A DNA stretch of 64,000 nt, from contig PLBV01000125.1 in the NCBI GenBank assembly GCA_003135455.1, forward strand, positions 16,458 through 80,457. Direction: 5' to 3'. The position numbers and the translations under genes were made by a program. The DNA comes from Hyphomicrobiales bacterium. GTDB lineage: Bacteria > Pseudomonadota > Alphaproteobacteria > Rhizobiales > Methyloligellaceae. This document shows positions 8,018 through 16,005 of this stretch, piece by piece. How positions within the stretch are numbered: position 1 is the stretch's first letter; the number at the start of each line of letters is the position of its first letter. The notes under the pieces are model-generated. The model saw only the letters and a program-made list of their open reading frames with translations. It did not search any database and had not been told where the DNA came from.

Positions 8018-9525
8018 CCACGTTCATTCCTATCGATGCCGCTTTACAGGACCCAAAGCTTTTGGGTGCTGCTCTTGGTCCCACCGAAACTTGGGGGACA
8101 TGGCTGACGGCCTTGAAGGCTGGCTTCGGCCTCCCATTGTCTCCCGACGAACGGAAGACCTTCGAGGAGATTGCCGGTTCAAGAGAGCCACCTACGCACA
8201 AGGTTGAGCAGTTGTGGGCGATTGCAGGGCGCGGTTCCGGCAAGAGCCGCATAGCCGCCGCTACCGCGGTCTATGTCGCGTGCTTTGCTCAGCACGATCT
8301 CGACCCTGGCGAAATTGGTTACGTGCTCGTGATCGCGGCATCGAGGGATCAGGCCAACGCGGTGTTTAGCTACGCCGAGGCGTTCCTTCGCTCATCCCCC
8401 ATCCTGCGAAAAATGGTTGAGGCCGAGACGGCCAACGAGATCAGGCTGACCAACGGCGTAACCATTGCGGTCCACACGAATTCGTTCAGGTTGCTCCGTG
8501 GCCGGACGTTGCTGGCTTGCATTTTTGACGAAGCCGCTTATTGGCGCGACGACACCTCGGCCAATCCCGATATAGAGGTCTACCGCGCGGTGCGGCCGTC
8601 TCTCGCCCGTACGGGTGGGATGCTGATTGGCATTAGCAGCCCCTATCGTCGCTCCGGCCTCCTCTATGCCAAGTACAAGGATTTCTACGCCGCCAGCGAT
8701 GACACGGTGCTTGTCGTTCAGGGCGCAACGGCTGTCTTCAACCCGACGATCAGCAAAGCCACCATCGCCAAAGAAATGCTGGACGATCCCGAGGCAGCCC
8801 GCTCGGAGTGGGGTGCCGAGTTTCGCACCGACGTCACGGCGCTGCTGGACGATGCGGTCATTGAAGCCGCGATCGACAATGCGCGCCCGCTTGAACTGCC
8901 CCCGCGTCCCGACCGGCGCTACTTCGCTTTCACCGATGCAAGCGCGGGACGCCACGATGCCTTCACGCTTTGCATCGGTCACCTTGAGGGCGAGAGCTGG
9001 GTTGCTGATGTTGTTCGTGGGCGGTTGGCTCCATTTGAGCCACGCTCGGTAGCGCACGAATATGCAACGCTCGCGCAGTCCTACCACTGCCGCAAAATCG
9101 TAGGCGATGCTTTTGCGGGGGAATGGGTGAGCGCCGCGTTCCGTGACGCTGGCATCCAGTACGAGACGAGCCCGCTGGTCAAGTCGCAGTTGTATTTGGA
9201 AGCGTTACCCAGCTTCAATCGTGGTGCCGTCGCGATCCCGAACCACGACAGGCTCTTGCGCGAACTACGTGGCCTGGAGCGCCGTGTCCACCGCTCGGGC
9301 AAAGATAGCGTCGATCACCCTGCACACGGTTCCGATGACTTCGCCAACGCCGTTTGCGGCGCGCTCTACATCTCGGTGCACGATCAGCGCAAGAAGAAAA
9401 TGAAAGTGGGCACCATCGATGTGCATGGCTTCGTCCATTGGCACGACGCGGAGCGAGAGCACTCGCGTGTCAGGGTGGCTCACGTAAGCGAGGCCGAGTG
9501 GCTCAAACAGAAGGAGAGCATCTGA
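8014..9525 (+). CDS. Phage terminase large subunit
   Basis: Walker A AGRGSGKS, Walker B CIFDEAA, motif III ISSP, nuclease FTDASAG...HGSDDFANA. Confidence 0.88.
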   Translation: MTTFIPIDAALQDPKLLGAALGPTETWGTWLTALKAGFGLPLSPDERKTFEEIAGSREPPTHKVEQLWAIAGRGSGKSRIAAATAVYVACFAQHDLDPGEIGYVLVIAASRDQANAVFSYAEAFLRSSPILRKMVEAETANEIRLTNGVTIAVHTNSFRLLRGRTLLACIFDEAAYWRDDTSANPDIEVYRAVRPSLARTGGMLIGISSPYRRSGLLYAKYKDFYAASDDTVLVVQGATAVFNPTISKATIAKEMLDDPEAARSEWGAEFRTDVTALLDDAVIEAAIDNARPLELPPRPDRRYFAFTDASAGRHDAFTLCIGHLEGESWVADVVRGRLAPFEPRSVAHEYATLAQSYHCRKIVGDAFAGEWVSAAFRDAGIQYETSPLVKSQLYLEALPSFNRGAVAIPNHDRLLRELRGLERRVHRSGKDSVDHPAHGSDDFANAVCGALYISVHDQRKKKMKVGTIDVHGFVHWHDAEREHSRVRVAHVSEAEWLKQKESI

Positions 9526-9526
9526 C

Positions 9527-10216
9527 ATGGACGACAAGACATTTTCCGATCTCACAATCAAGGCGATGATCTGCCCAAAGCAGGCGAGCTGGCCCGCGCC
9601 GGAACATTCGCATTGGCAACGACTGCACGAGGCCGCTGATACCGCGCGGCAGTCTGTGTCCACTGCCTACTCCCTGATGGCAACGATCGACGCCGACGCC
9701 AGCCTTTCTAAGGAGGGCAGGGCGCAGCATCGTCAGACCATTGCGAAGCAGGCGCTTGCCGAGATCGAGAAGTCGAAGGCGCTAATTAAAGCGCGTGACG
9801 CGGTGGGCGTGTGTCAACAGCAGTGGGCCAAGAAGGTTGGCGAGAGCATCAAGCCCGCCTCGGACATTCACACGGCGACCGTGGCAGCACAGATCCGCGA
9901 CCGCATAGCTGCCATGCAGGGCAGCGCTAGAATGGGCTGGCTAGAAAAGCATTCCAGCGATCCCACCATTGCCTCGGCCATTCTGACGGCACCCCTAGTA
10001 CTGTCTGGTCTCACCGATGTCGAGCTCGCATTGGTCAAGGCCAAGGCCGAGCGAGCAGCGCTTTCTCCCGAGGTTGCTGAAGCCAAGGACGCTGCTGAGA
10101 AGGCCCTCGATCAGGCTGAGCGCGGCTGGCGACAGGCAATCAATGCCATTGGCGCAAGGGCAGGGCTGAGCAAAGGCGCTGACGGTACCTGGAGCGAGGC
10201 CGCCCATTACGATTGA
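9527..10216 (+). CDS. Hypothetical all-helical protein
   Basis: 229 aa, Ala/Glu/Lys-rich; starts immediately after the terL stop; GGAG RBS. Confidence 0.75.
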   Translation: MDDKTFSDLTIKAMICPKQASWPAPEHSHWQRLHEAADTARQSVSTAYSLMATIDADASLSKEGRAQHRQTIAKQALAEIEKSKALIKARDAVGVCQQQWAKKVGESIKPASDIHTATVAAQIRDRIAAMQGSARMGWLEKHSSDPTIASAILTAPLVLSGLTDVELALVKAKAERAALSPEVAEAKDAAEKALDQAERGWRQAINAIGARAGLSKGADGTWSEAAHYD

Positions 10217-10381
10217 TTTCATTGGATTATTTCTAGCTTTTTTAGATTGACCCCCGACCTGACACCGACGATCTAGACTGCCCGCTCTCAAGCCGACCGG
10301 CAGGCGCAGCGCGGAATGATGCGGCCCGCGCGCTTGGCGATGGGTTGAGCCGCTGCAATTCCCGGCAGGTACGGCCCCCGT

Positions 10382-10735
10382 CTAGTCCACCATCAGAACT
10401 TCAGTGCCGGGGTCAGCTACTAAGGGCCCGGAGGGGTTCATGAGGTAGCCGCGCGCTCCCAAGCATGATGTAAAGACGGGGCGGCTAACGACCATTCTGC
10501 TAATGGATTGCCCTGAACCTTGATATACGGCCGCGGCTGATCGATTTTGCTGCGCTTGCTGAATGCAGGCGAACCGGTCTTGCATGAAGGTTTGTTGGTT
10601 TGCTCCCATTTTTGAAAAGCGCGCCGGAGGGGGCGGCGGGTGAGCGCAGCCGCTCAGCAGCATTGCACAAGTAGCAGTTAAGAACCCCAACGCGACGCAA
10701 AGCCCGCGCATGGCTAACTTCCCCCAAAGCCGCAA
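10382..10735 (-). CDS. Putative lipoprotein
   Basis: Lipobox LLSGC; FMQDRFAC...FTSCLGARGY Cys pair. Confidence 0.7.
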   Translation of the reverse strand: MRLWGKLAMRGLCVALGFLTATCAMLLSGCAHPPPPPARFSKMGANQQTFMQDRFACIQQAQQNRSAAAVYQGSGQSISRMVVSRPVFTSCLGARGYLMNPSGPLVADPGTEVLMVD

Positions 10736-10830
10736 ACCAACCTAGTATGCTACCATTGCGCGAGCAAGCGCGTCAGACCCCCAAGGGTTCTCCGGGGCGG
10801 ACGCCATGCGGGTTCACGAGGGGGCGAAAC

Positions 10831-11400
10831 ATGACAGGCTCCGCATCGCGCGTAAGCCGTGGCTTCCACCGGCTTGGGCTTTTATTGGCGGCTATCCCAT
10901 TGGTGGTCGGAGTGTGCTTCATCGGCTACTTGGTCTGGGACACATTTTGGAGCGCACGGGACACCTATGACAAAATGGCGGCGGAGGCCTGCGCCAAAGC
11001 AAAGTTTGCGACGATGCGGAACCTGCCTCCTCCCCAACAGGATTTAACCGACCAACTCCCGCCATATGCCAAGTCACTCTCTGATTATCTGATCAGCTAC
11101 GATCTCAAGGAGCTCGGCTGCTCCGACGTATATCGCTTGGTCTCCAAGTCCGAGATAATGACGGCAAGCGATGAAGGACACGTCGGCTCCTTTTGGGACT
11201 ACTATGCCAGCAGCCTTCCGCAACTCGTCAGCTGGGTTTTCCTAAGGGCGTTTGCAGTCAGCGTGGCCGTCTATGGCGTGGTCCGCGCGATAGGCTGGGT
11301 AGCTTTATTAGTTAGGGGCAAGCCGAGGGCGAGACCCGGTCGCCGAGAAGGCAATTCATTTTCGGTCGAGCCTCTCGACTGCCACGACCAACGCGAATAG
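10831..11400 (+). CDS. Hypothetical two-TM membrane protein
   Basis: RGFHRLGLLLAAIPLVVG...AVSVAVYGVVRAIGWV; the tail after ~11300 looks non-native. Confidence 0.65.
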   Translation: MTGSASRVSRGFHRLGLLLAAIPLVVGVCFIGYLVWDTFWSARDTYDKMAAEACAKAKFATMRNLPPPQQDLTDQLPPYAKSLSDYLISYDLKELGCSDVYRLVSKSEIMTASDEGHVGSFWDYYASSLPQLVSWVFLRAFAVSVAVYGVVRAIGWVALLVRGKPRARPGRREGNSFSVEPLDCHDQRE

Positions 11401-11457
11401 CTGAACAATTACGATGGCCAGCTCGATCTCCATTATCATCGGTCCGTCTAGCGTCAT
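11356..11457 (-). CDS. Small single-TM peptide (33 aa), below the ORF-track cutoff
   Basis: MTLDGPMIMEIELAIVIVQLFALVVAVERLDRK*, with GGAGG 9 nt upstream of the ATG. Confidence 0.5.
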   Translation of the reverse strand: MTLDGPMIMEIELAIVIVQLFALVVAVERLDRK

Positions 11458-11487
11458 CGCCGAAGCCTCCCACCCCTGATTGAAGTT

Positions 11488-12042
11488 TCAAACGCCCCAA
11501 GGAACCCGCCAAGGATCAGTCGGATCGTCACTGTCCGGGAATTGGTCCTTTCGGCGTTGTAGCTCGCGCCACACAAACTCGGGCACTATGTAAACGAAAT
11601 TCAGTAGAGTGGCGATCTGAGCTGGCCTTGCGACCAGCTGCTTGGCAATTAGAGTGTTGGCGTAGCCCCCGGTCTCAGTCGCAACGAAGCTGCGTTCGTT
11701 GGTTGCGAGCAGCCGGCCGAAGATCTCCTTCTCCTTGAGCGATAGCGTCTCAAGGTGGCGCAGAATGTAGCGGCGCTGCCTGCGGACGTTCCAGACCTCA
11801 CGCAAATACCCGGCAAGGGCCTGAAGGCCTCTGAACGTGGCCGCGATAAGGTCAAAGAGCGCTACGGCTCCGAACCCTATCGTGGCCAAGCCGGTTGCCG
11901 TGAGCAGCAGGGCTGGGATTTCGAATGGCAATAAGGCTTTGCTGCGGAGAACAAAAACCGCCACGCCTCCTGCGGCGATGGCGGCAGCACGCCAAGAGCT
12001 GACTTTGAAAGCTGACGCCAGCCAGCCCCACCACTCAGTCAT
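11488..12042 (-). CDS. Superinfection exclusion protein B (SieB)-like
   Basis: Two N-terminal TMs, then LETLSLKEKEIF...ANTLIAKQLV...YIVPEFVW, the typical SieB layout. Confidence 0.7.
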   Translation of the reverse strand: MTEWWGWLASAFKVSSWRAAAIAAGGVAVFVLRSKALLPFEIPALLLTATGLATIGFGAVALFDLIAATFRGLQALAGYLREVWNVRRQRRYILRHLETLSLKEKEIFGRLLATNERSFVATETGGYANTLIAKQLVARPAQIATLLNFVYIVPEFVWRELQRRKDQFPDSDDPTDPWRVPWGV

Positions 12043-12084
12043 CCGCTCGACCGCCTCGACTGCTGCCCCGCCCTGGCGCAAGGG

Positions 12085-12891
12085 TCACTTCGGCTTCCAC
12101 TCCCGTGCCTGCCTTTGCGCCTCGGCTAGCTGCTCTGGCGTCATCTTGGAAGCGACGAAGTCACGCGCCTTAGCCGCCCTGTCCTGGTCCTTTGCCTCTG
12201 AATACCGCGCAGCTGCAAGATTGAACCACATATGCGCCTGCACATAGTCCTGCGGGACGCCTTGGCCCATTAGGTACATGCTGCCGAGATTGACCTGGGC
12301 GTCGGCGTCGCCCTGCTCGGCGGCGAGGCGATACCACTTCACCGCCTCCGCATAGTCCTGCGGGACGCCGTGGCCAATCTCATGCATGGAGCCAAGATTG
12401 GACTGTGCAAAGGCATTGCCCTGTTCGGCAGCGAGGCGATACCACTTCACCGCCTCCGCATAGTCCTGCGGGACGCCTTCGCCATTAACGTAAGAGGCGC
12501 CGAGATCGTTTTGGGCTTGGGCATTGCCCTGCTCGGCAGCGAGGCGGTACCACTTCACCGCCTCGGCATGGTCCTGCGGGACGCCTTCGCCCTTGGCGTA
12601 CAGGAAGCCGAGATCGTGCTGGGCGGAGGCGTTGCCCTGTTCGGCAGCGAGGCGGTACCACTTCACCGCCTCGGCATGGTCCTGCGGGACGCCTTCGCCC
12701 TTGGCGTACAGGAAGCCGAGATTGAACTGGGCGTCGGCGTCGCCCTGCTCGGCCAGCGGTCGTAACAACCGCAGCGCCGCCGCATAGTCGCCGCGCTCGT
12801 GAGCGGCAGAGGCATCCTCAAATGGCCCAGCCACCGCTCCGCCCGTCAACATCAAGGCGAGAACTACACCGGCCAGGATACGCTTCAGCAT
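12085..12891 (-). CDS. Sel1-repeat protein with signal peptide
   Basis: Repeats of AQxxLGxxYxxGEGVPQDxAEAVKWYRLAAEQG; C-terminal AHMWFNLAA...MTPEQLAEAQ. Confidence 0.95.
   Translation of the reverse strand: MLKRILAGVVLALMLTGGAVAGPFEDASAAHERGDYAAALRLLRPLAEQGDADAQFNLGFLYAKGEGVPQDHAEAVKWYRLAAEQGNASAQHDLGFLYAKGEGVPQDHAEAVKWYRLAAEQGNAQAQNDLGASYVNGEGVPQDYAEAVKWYRLAAEQGNAFAQSNLGSMHEIGHGVPQDYAEAVKWYRLAAEQGDADAQVNLGSMYLMGQGVPQDYVQAHMWFNLAAARYSEAKDQDRAAKARDFVASKMTPEQLAEAQRQAREWKPK
12244..12740. repeat. 108-bp tandem coding repeats of the Sel1 units
   Basis: CACTTCACCGCCTC recurs at about 12335, 12443, 12551 and 12659. Confidence 0.85.
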
Positions 12892-13350
12892 GGCGGAGGA
12901 CCCTCTATCCCAACACCCTGCCTCTCAGAGGCCATATAGAGCAAGGGACCCTTGGGTCGTTGCCTCCACTCTTTTAAGGGAGGCGGCGATCATCTTGGTC
13001 ATCGAGGGTGCGCGGGCCTTCGCATGTGTAGATCAGCATGGGCGACATTCTAGGCGAGGTCGTCATTGGAGCAAGCGCGGCGTGCTTCGCTCTCGGCGGG
13101 TTCTTCCCCGCAGGATGTCTTTGCAGGGGCGGAAGCCTTTTAGGGGCTGTATGGGGTAGGGGTAGGACCTTAGCCCTCTCCCGGGACATGTGACAGGGCT
13201 CCCCAGGGCTCAAAAACGATTTTGACCGCCCCAGACCCCATCTCATGTCCGATCCGGCCCGTACATCGGGGGAGCCCCTGTCAGTGCCCCGAGGTGCTGA
13301 AGCGCCTCAAACGACATGTGACCGAGGCCACCACGGCTCAGGGAGGGGGG

Positions 13351-13382
13351 TTGACCCGGGACCGCATGTTCGCTATTCGTTC
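13351..13382 (+). promoter_or_regulatory. sigma70-like promoter overlapped by an alphaproteobacterial LexA box
   Basis: TTGACC (13351)-N17-TATTCG; GTTC-gctattc-GTTC at 13368-13382. Confidence 0.65.
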
Positions 13383-13407
13383 TCCATACTTTATGGAGTT
13401 CAAGACA

Positions 13408-13611
13408 ATGCCTAATGATAAGACGCGGAACGCTTTAGCAGTGGGTGGAGCACTCGCCCTTGGCCTCACCTTTGTGAGCTTGGGATCGGATGTCGCCTGC
13501 CACATGCACAGCCCGGTGTGCGACTACTCATCCCTGGGCGTCCGCATCACCGCGACGACGAGCACGGCCGTGGTGCCACAGACCCCGGCCGTCGTCACCA
13601 TGTCGAGCTAG
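13408..13611 (+). CDS. Small exported/membrane protein (67 aa)
   Basis: GGAG RBS; MPNDKTRNALAVGGALALGLTFVSLGSDVACHMHSPVC... Confidence 0.5.
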   Translation: MPNDKTRNALAVGGALALGLTFVSLGSDVACHMHSPVCDYSSLGVRITATTSTAVVPQTPAVVTMSS

Positions 13612-13622
13612 GTCATTGCCCT

Positions 13623-13644
13623 GCTGATAATCGCGATTATCAGC
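13623..13644. repeat. Perfect 22-bp palindrome GCTGATAATCGCGATTATCAGC
   Basis: Self-complementary across all 22 positions. Confidence 0.85.
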
Positions 13645-13783
13645 GCATGCCGGGAAGCGAACGACCTTCGCTTCGTCGGGGTGAAATATCCGATCAAACT
13701 CCGCCGGGGACAGCACGAGGCGACGTGATCGGGGCACATCGGCGCGGACACCACGCCGCCCCTCGATACGGCGAGTGTGCTTC

Positions 13784-14506
13784 TTATGCCAACTTCAGCC
13801 ATGCCACGATCAGACCGCCAACTACGGCCCCAATGACGCCGATGACGAAGAACTGGAAGGTCCTGTCCCGCCACTCTGCTGCCGTTTGACCAAGCTCCGC
13901 TGACTTCCCGATCTCGACAGTCAGTCGCGGGTACATCCTCTTGATGCTGTAGGTCGCTAGCCAGGCAATCGCAAGTATCTCAACACCGGCGAGACTGACC
14001 CACAGACCCTGTAACTGCTGGTTCGCGAACGGAGTGAACTCGGTTTGCAAAGTCAGCAACAAAAGGTACAGCACGAGGAGCAAGACGCCCTTGACGAATA
14101 AGAGGACCTTGGAGTCCCACAACTCCCTAACCCACGAGAATGACTGGACCTGCCCATCTATCAAGTCTTCAAGTGCGGCCCGAACTCTCACGCAGTCATC
14201 CTTCGTTCCGCTCACCCTTAGCTCAACGGCCTTGCTTGTGATCGCTAGGGTGAGTGCCTTCGTCGGATTTGTGTCCGTTTGAGCTCCCTCTATCTTGACG
14301 TCGTTGATCAGCTTGCTCTTGAGATAGATGTCATCGAGTATCTCCTGCGGGTTCGCGCCCTGGATGCTGCTGTTGTCCGTGAGCATGATGGACAGGTCGG
14401 GTCGCTTCCCCAGGAACTGCTGCGCCGCGTTCCAACACTCGAGAATGGCCTCCTTGTCGAACAAGTAGCAGCGCGATTTCTTGATTAAGGAAGAATAGCT
14501 TGCCAT
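13784..14506 (-). CDS. Hypothetical protein, soluble N-domain plus three C-terminal TMs
   Basis: 240-aa ORF directly downstream of the integrase. Confidence 0.75.
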   Translation of the reverse strand: MASYSSLIKKSRCYLFDKEAILECWNAAQQFLGKRPDLSIMLTDNSSIQGANPQEILDDIYLKSKLINDVKIEGAQTDTNPTKALTLAITSKAVELRVSGTKDDCVRVRAALEDLIDGQVQSFSWVRELWDSKVLLFVKGVLLLVLYLLLLTLQTEFTPFANQQLQGLWVSLAGVEILAIAWLATYSIKRMYPRLTVEIGKSAELGQTAAEWRDRTFQFFVIGVIGAVVGGLIVAWLKLA

Positions 14507-14581
14507 GGCATCCCCCAGGGGCCTGGCGCAACCTTTAGCGAGAAACGCTGCTCTCTGGAAGGGTGTCCCGTTATCCCCGGC

Positions 14582-15862
14582 TCATCGCAGCGCCGTCACG
14601 CCCTCGGGCACGACCAGGCCCTCGACATGACCGGCCCATTTCTCCATCGCCTCGCTCTTCTCGTCCCGGTACTCCCAGTGATCGTAGTCCTTGCCCGATC
14701 CTCGAGTTGGAGCGTGATCGAGCAATAGATCGCGCACATGCGGTGGCACTCGAAGCTCGGCGAGACGTGTCTCGACCGTGTGCCTGATTGCGTGCGGGAA
14801 GAAGTCTTCGATGCCCGTCAGCTTTTGCACCCTGCCCTGCAAGCGCGAGGCGACGTGCATGACACCATTCTTGCCGCCTTGCGGTGATGGGAACACCTGA
14901 TTGTCGGCCTTCACGTCCTTCGGCTTCAACCCGATCAAAATACGCTGCGCCAATTTCGGCAGCGGCAACGGATGCACACGCTTGTTCTTGTTGCCAGGGG
15001 GTGGCGTCCAGTCCCATGCGTCATTGATCTCACCCCATCGCATTGCGGCCAGTGCCCCTTTGCGCTTACCGGTGAGAATGAGCAGCTTGAGGAATGCGGC
15101 CTCGTTCGGCTCCAGCTTGCAATGCCACAGCTGCTTGAGTTCGTCGTCGGAGAATACGCGTGTGCGAGGCTCGGCACCTTCCCATGGCCGATCAATCGAG
15201 ACCATCGGTGATGCTGCGAGCTTCCGCTTCTTCACGCACCACCTGAACAGCGATCCGAGGTAGCCCCACAGCTTGTTCGCTAGATACGGACGGCCGCGGT
15301 GCTCCGCGTCTCCGTCTCTGATCCGCTCCAGCAGCTTCTCGATCTCGGCGGGGCGGATGGAGGCAATGGGACGTGACTTGAAGGCGGCACAATCTTTCAA
15401 TAGGGCGCGCCTGACCTCCTTCGCCGTAGCATTGCGCTTACGGCCGATCTGCTCCCGTTCGACGTACTCGTTGACGACATCCTCAAACGCATCGGACGCG
15501 ACACGCTCCTCACTCTTGGGATCAATGCCCTGCGCTGCCGCCTTTTGATCAGCGAGGCATAGCTTACGGGCCTCCTCAAGATCGAGGACGCCAACACGCC
15601 CGAGGCTGCGGCTGTGGGGCTTCGAGCTGCCAGCGTAGTACCAGAGCGAGCGATAGGTGCGCGTGCCCTTCTTGTTGACCAACACGTGCAGGCCCTTCAC
15701 GCCCTTGTCCCATACGAAGTACTGCTTGTTGCGATTGCACTCGAGGTGCTGCGCGATCTCCTCGGTGAGGAGCTTGTGTTGGCGCTTGCCGGGTGCCTTC
15801 CGCGTGGCTGTCGTGCCGTCCTGCTTTGTGTAGGTGATGCGCTTGCGCTTTGGCTCGGTCAT
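14582..15862 (-). CDS. Tyrosine recombinase/integrase with arm-binding N-domain
   Basis: VWDKGVKGLHVLV arm domain; LTGKRKG (R), HAIRHT (HxxR), LLDH, DYDH (Y); AGGAG RBS before ATG 15862. Confidence 0.95.
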   Translation of the reverse strand: MTEPKRKRITYTKQDGTTATRKAPGKRQHKLLTEEIAQHLECNRNKQYFVWDKGVKGLHVLVNKKGTRTYRSLWYYAGSSKPHSRSLGRVGVLDLEEARKLCLADQKAAAQGIDPKSEERVASDAFEDVVNEYVEREQIGRKRNATAKEVRRALLKDCAAFKSRPIASIRPAEIEKLLERIRDGDAEHRGRPYLANKLWGYLGSLFRWCVKKRKLAASPMVSIDRPWEGAEPRTRVFSDDELKQLWHCKLEPNEAAFLKLLILTGKRKGALAAMRWGEINDAWDWTPPPGNKNKRVHPLPLPKLAQRILIGLKPKDVKADNQVFPSPQGGKNGVMHVASRLQGRVQKLTGIEDFFPHAIRHTVETRLAELRVPPHVRDLLLDHAPTRGSGKDYDHWEYRDEKSEAMEKWAGHVEGLVVPEGVTALR

Positions 15863-15880
15863 CAGTGCCACTCCTAAATC

Positions 15881-15900
15881 CTTTAAAACCGCTTTAAAAT
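15881..15900 (+). promoter_or_regulatory. Probable integrase arm-type sites (CTTTAAAACCGCTTTAAAAT)
   Basis: Matches 628-643; lies next to the integrase RBS. Confidence 0.7.
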
Positions 15901-16005
15901 TAACCCCCAATATATATGTCCGCAATTGATCCGCCAAGTGCCCGCAATTGTTTATTTTCCAGTGTCAGATCAACTTCTTAACCCCCCGCAACCCCTTGCA
16001 TTCCG

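Noticed and set aside
12244-12740. Regular repeats resembling a CRISPR array
   Set aside because: The 108-bp in-frame period encodes Sel1 units; there are no unique spacers and no cas genes.
13609-13728. Stop readthrough extending the 67-aa ORF with a hydrophobic segment
   Set aside because: The hydrophobic codons arise from the 22-bp palindrome, and there is no readthrough signal.
15863-15937. Longer integrase start given in the ORF track
   Set aside because: It runs through the arm sites; the AGGAG RBS supports ATG at 15862.
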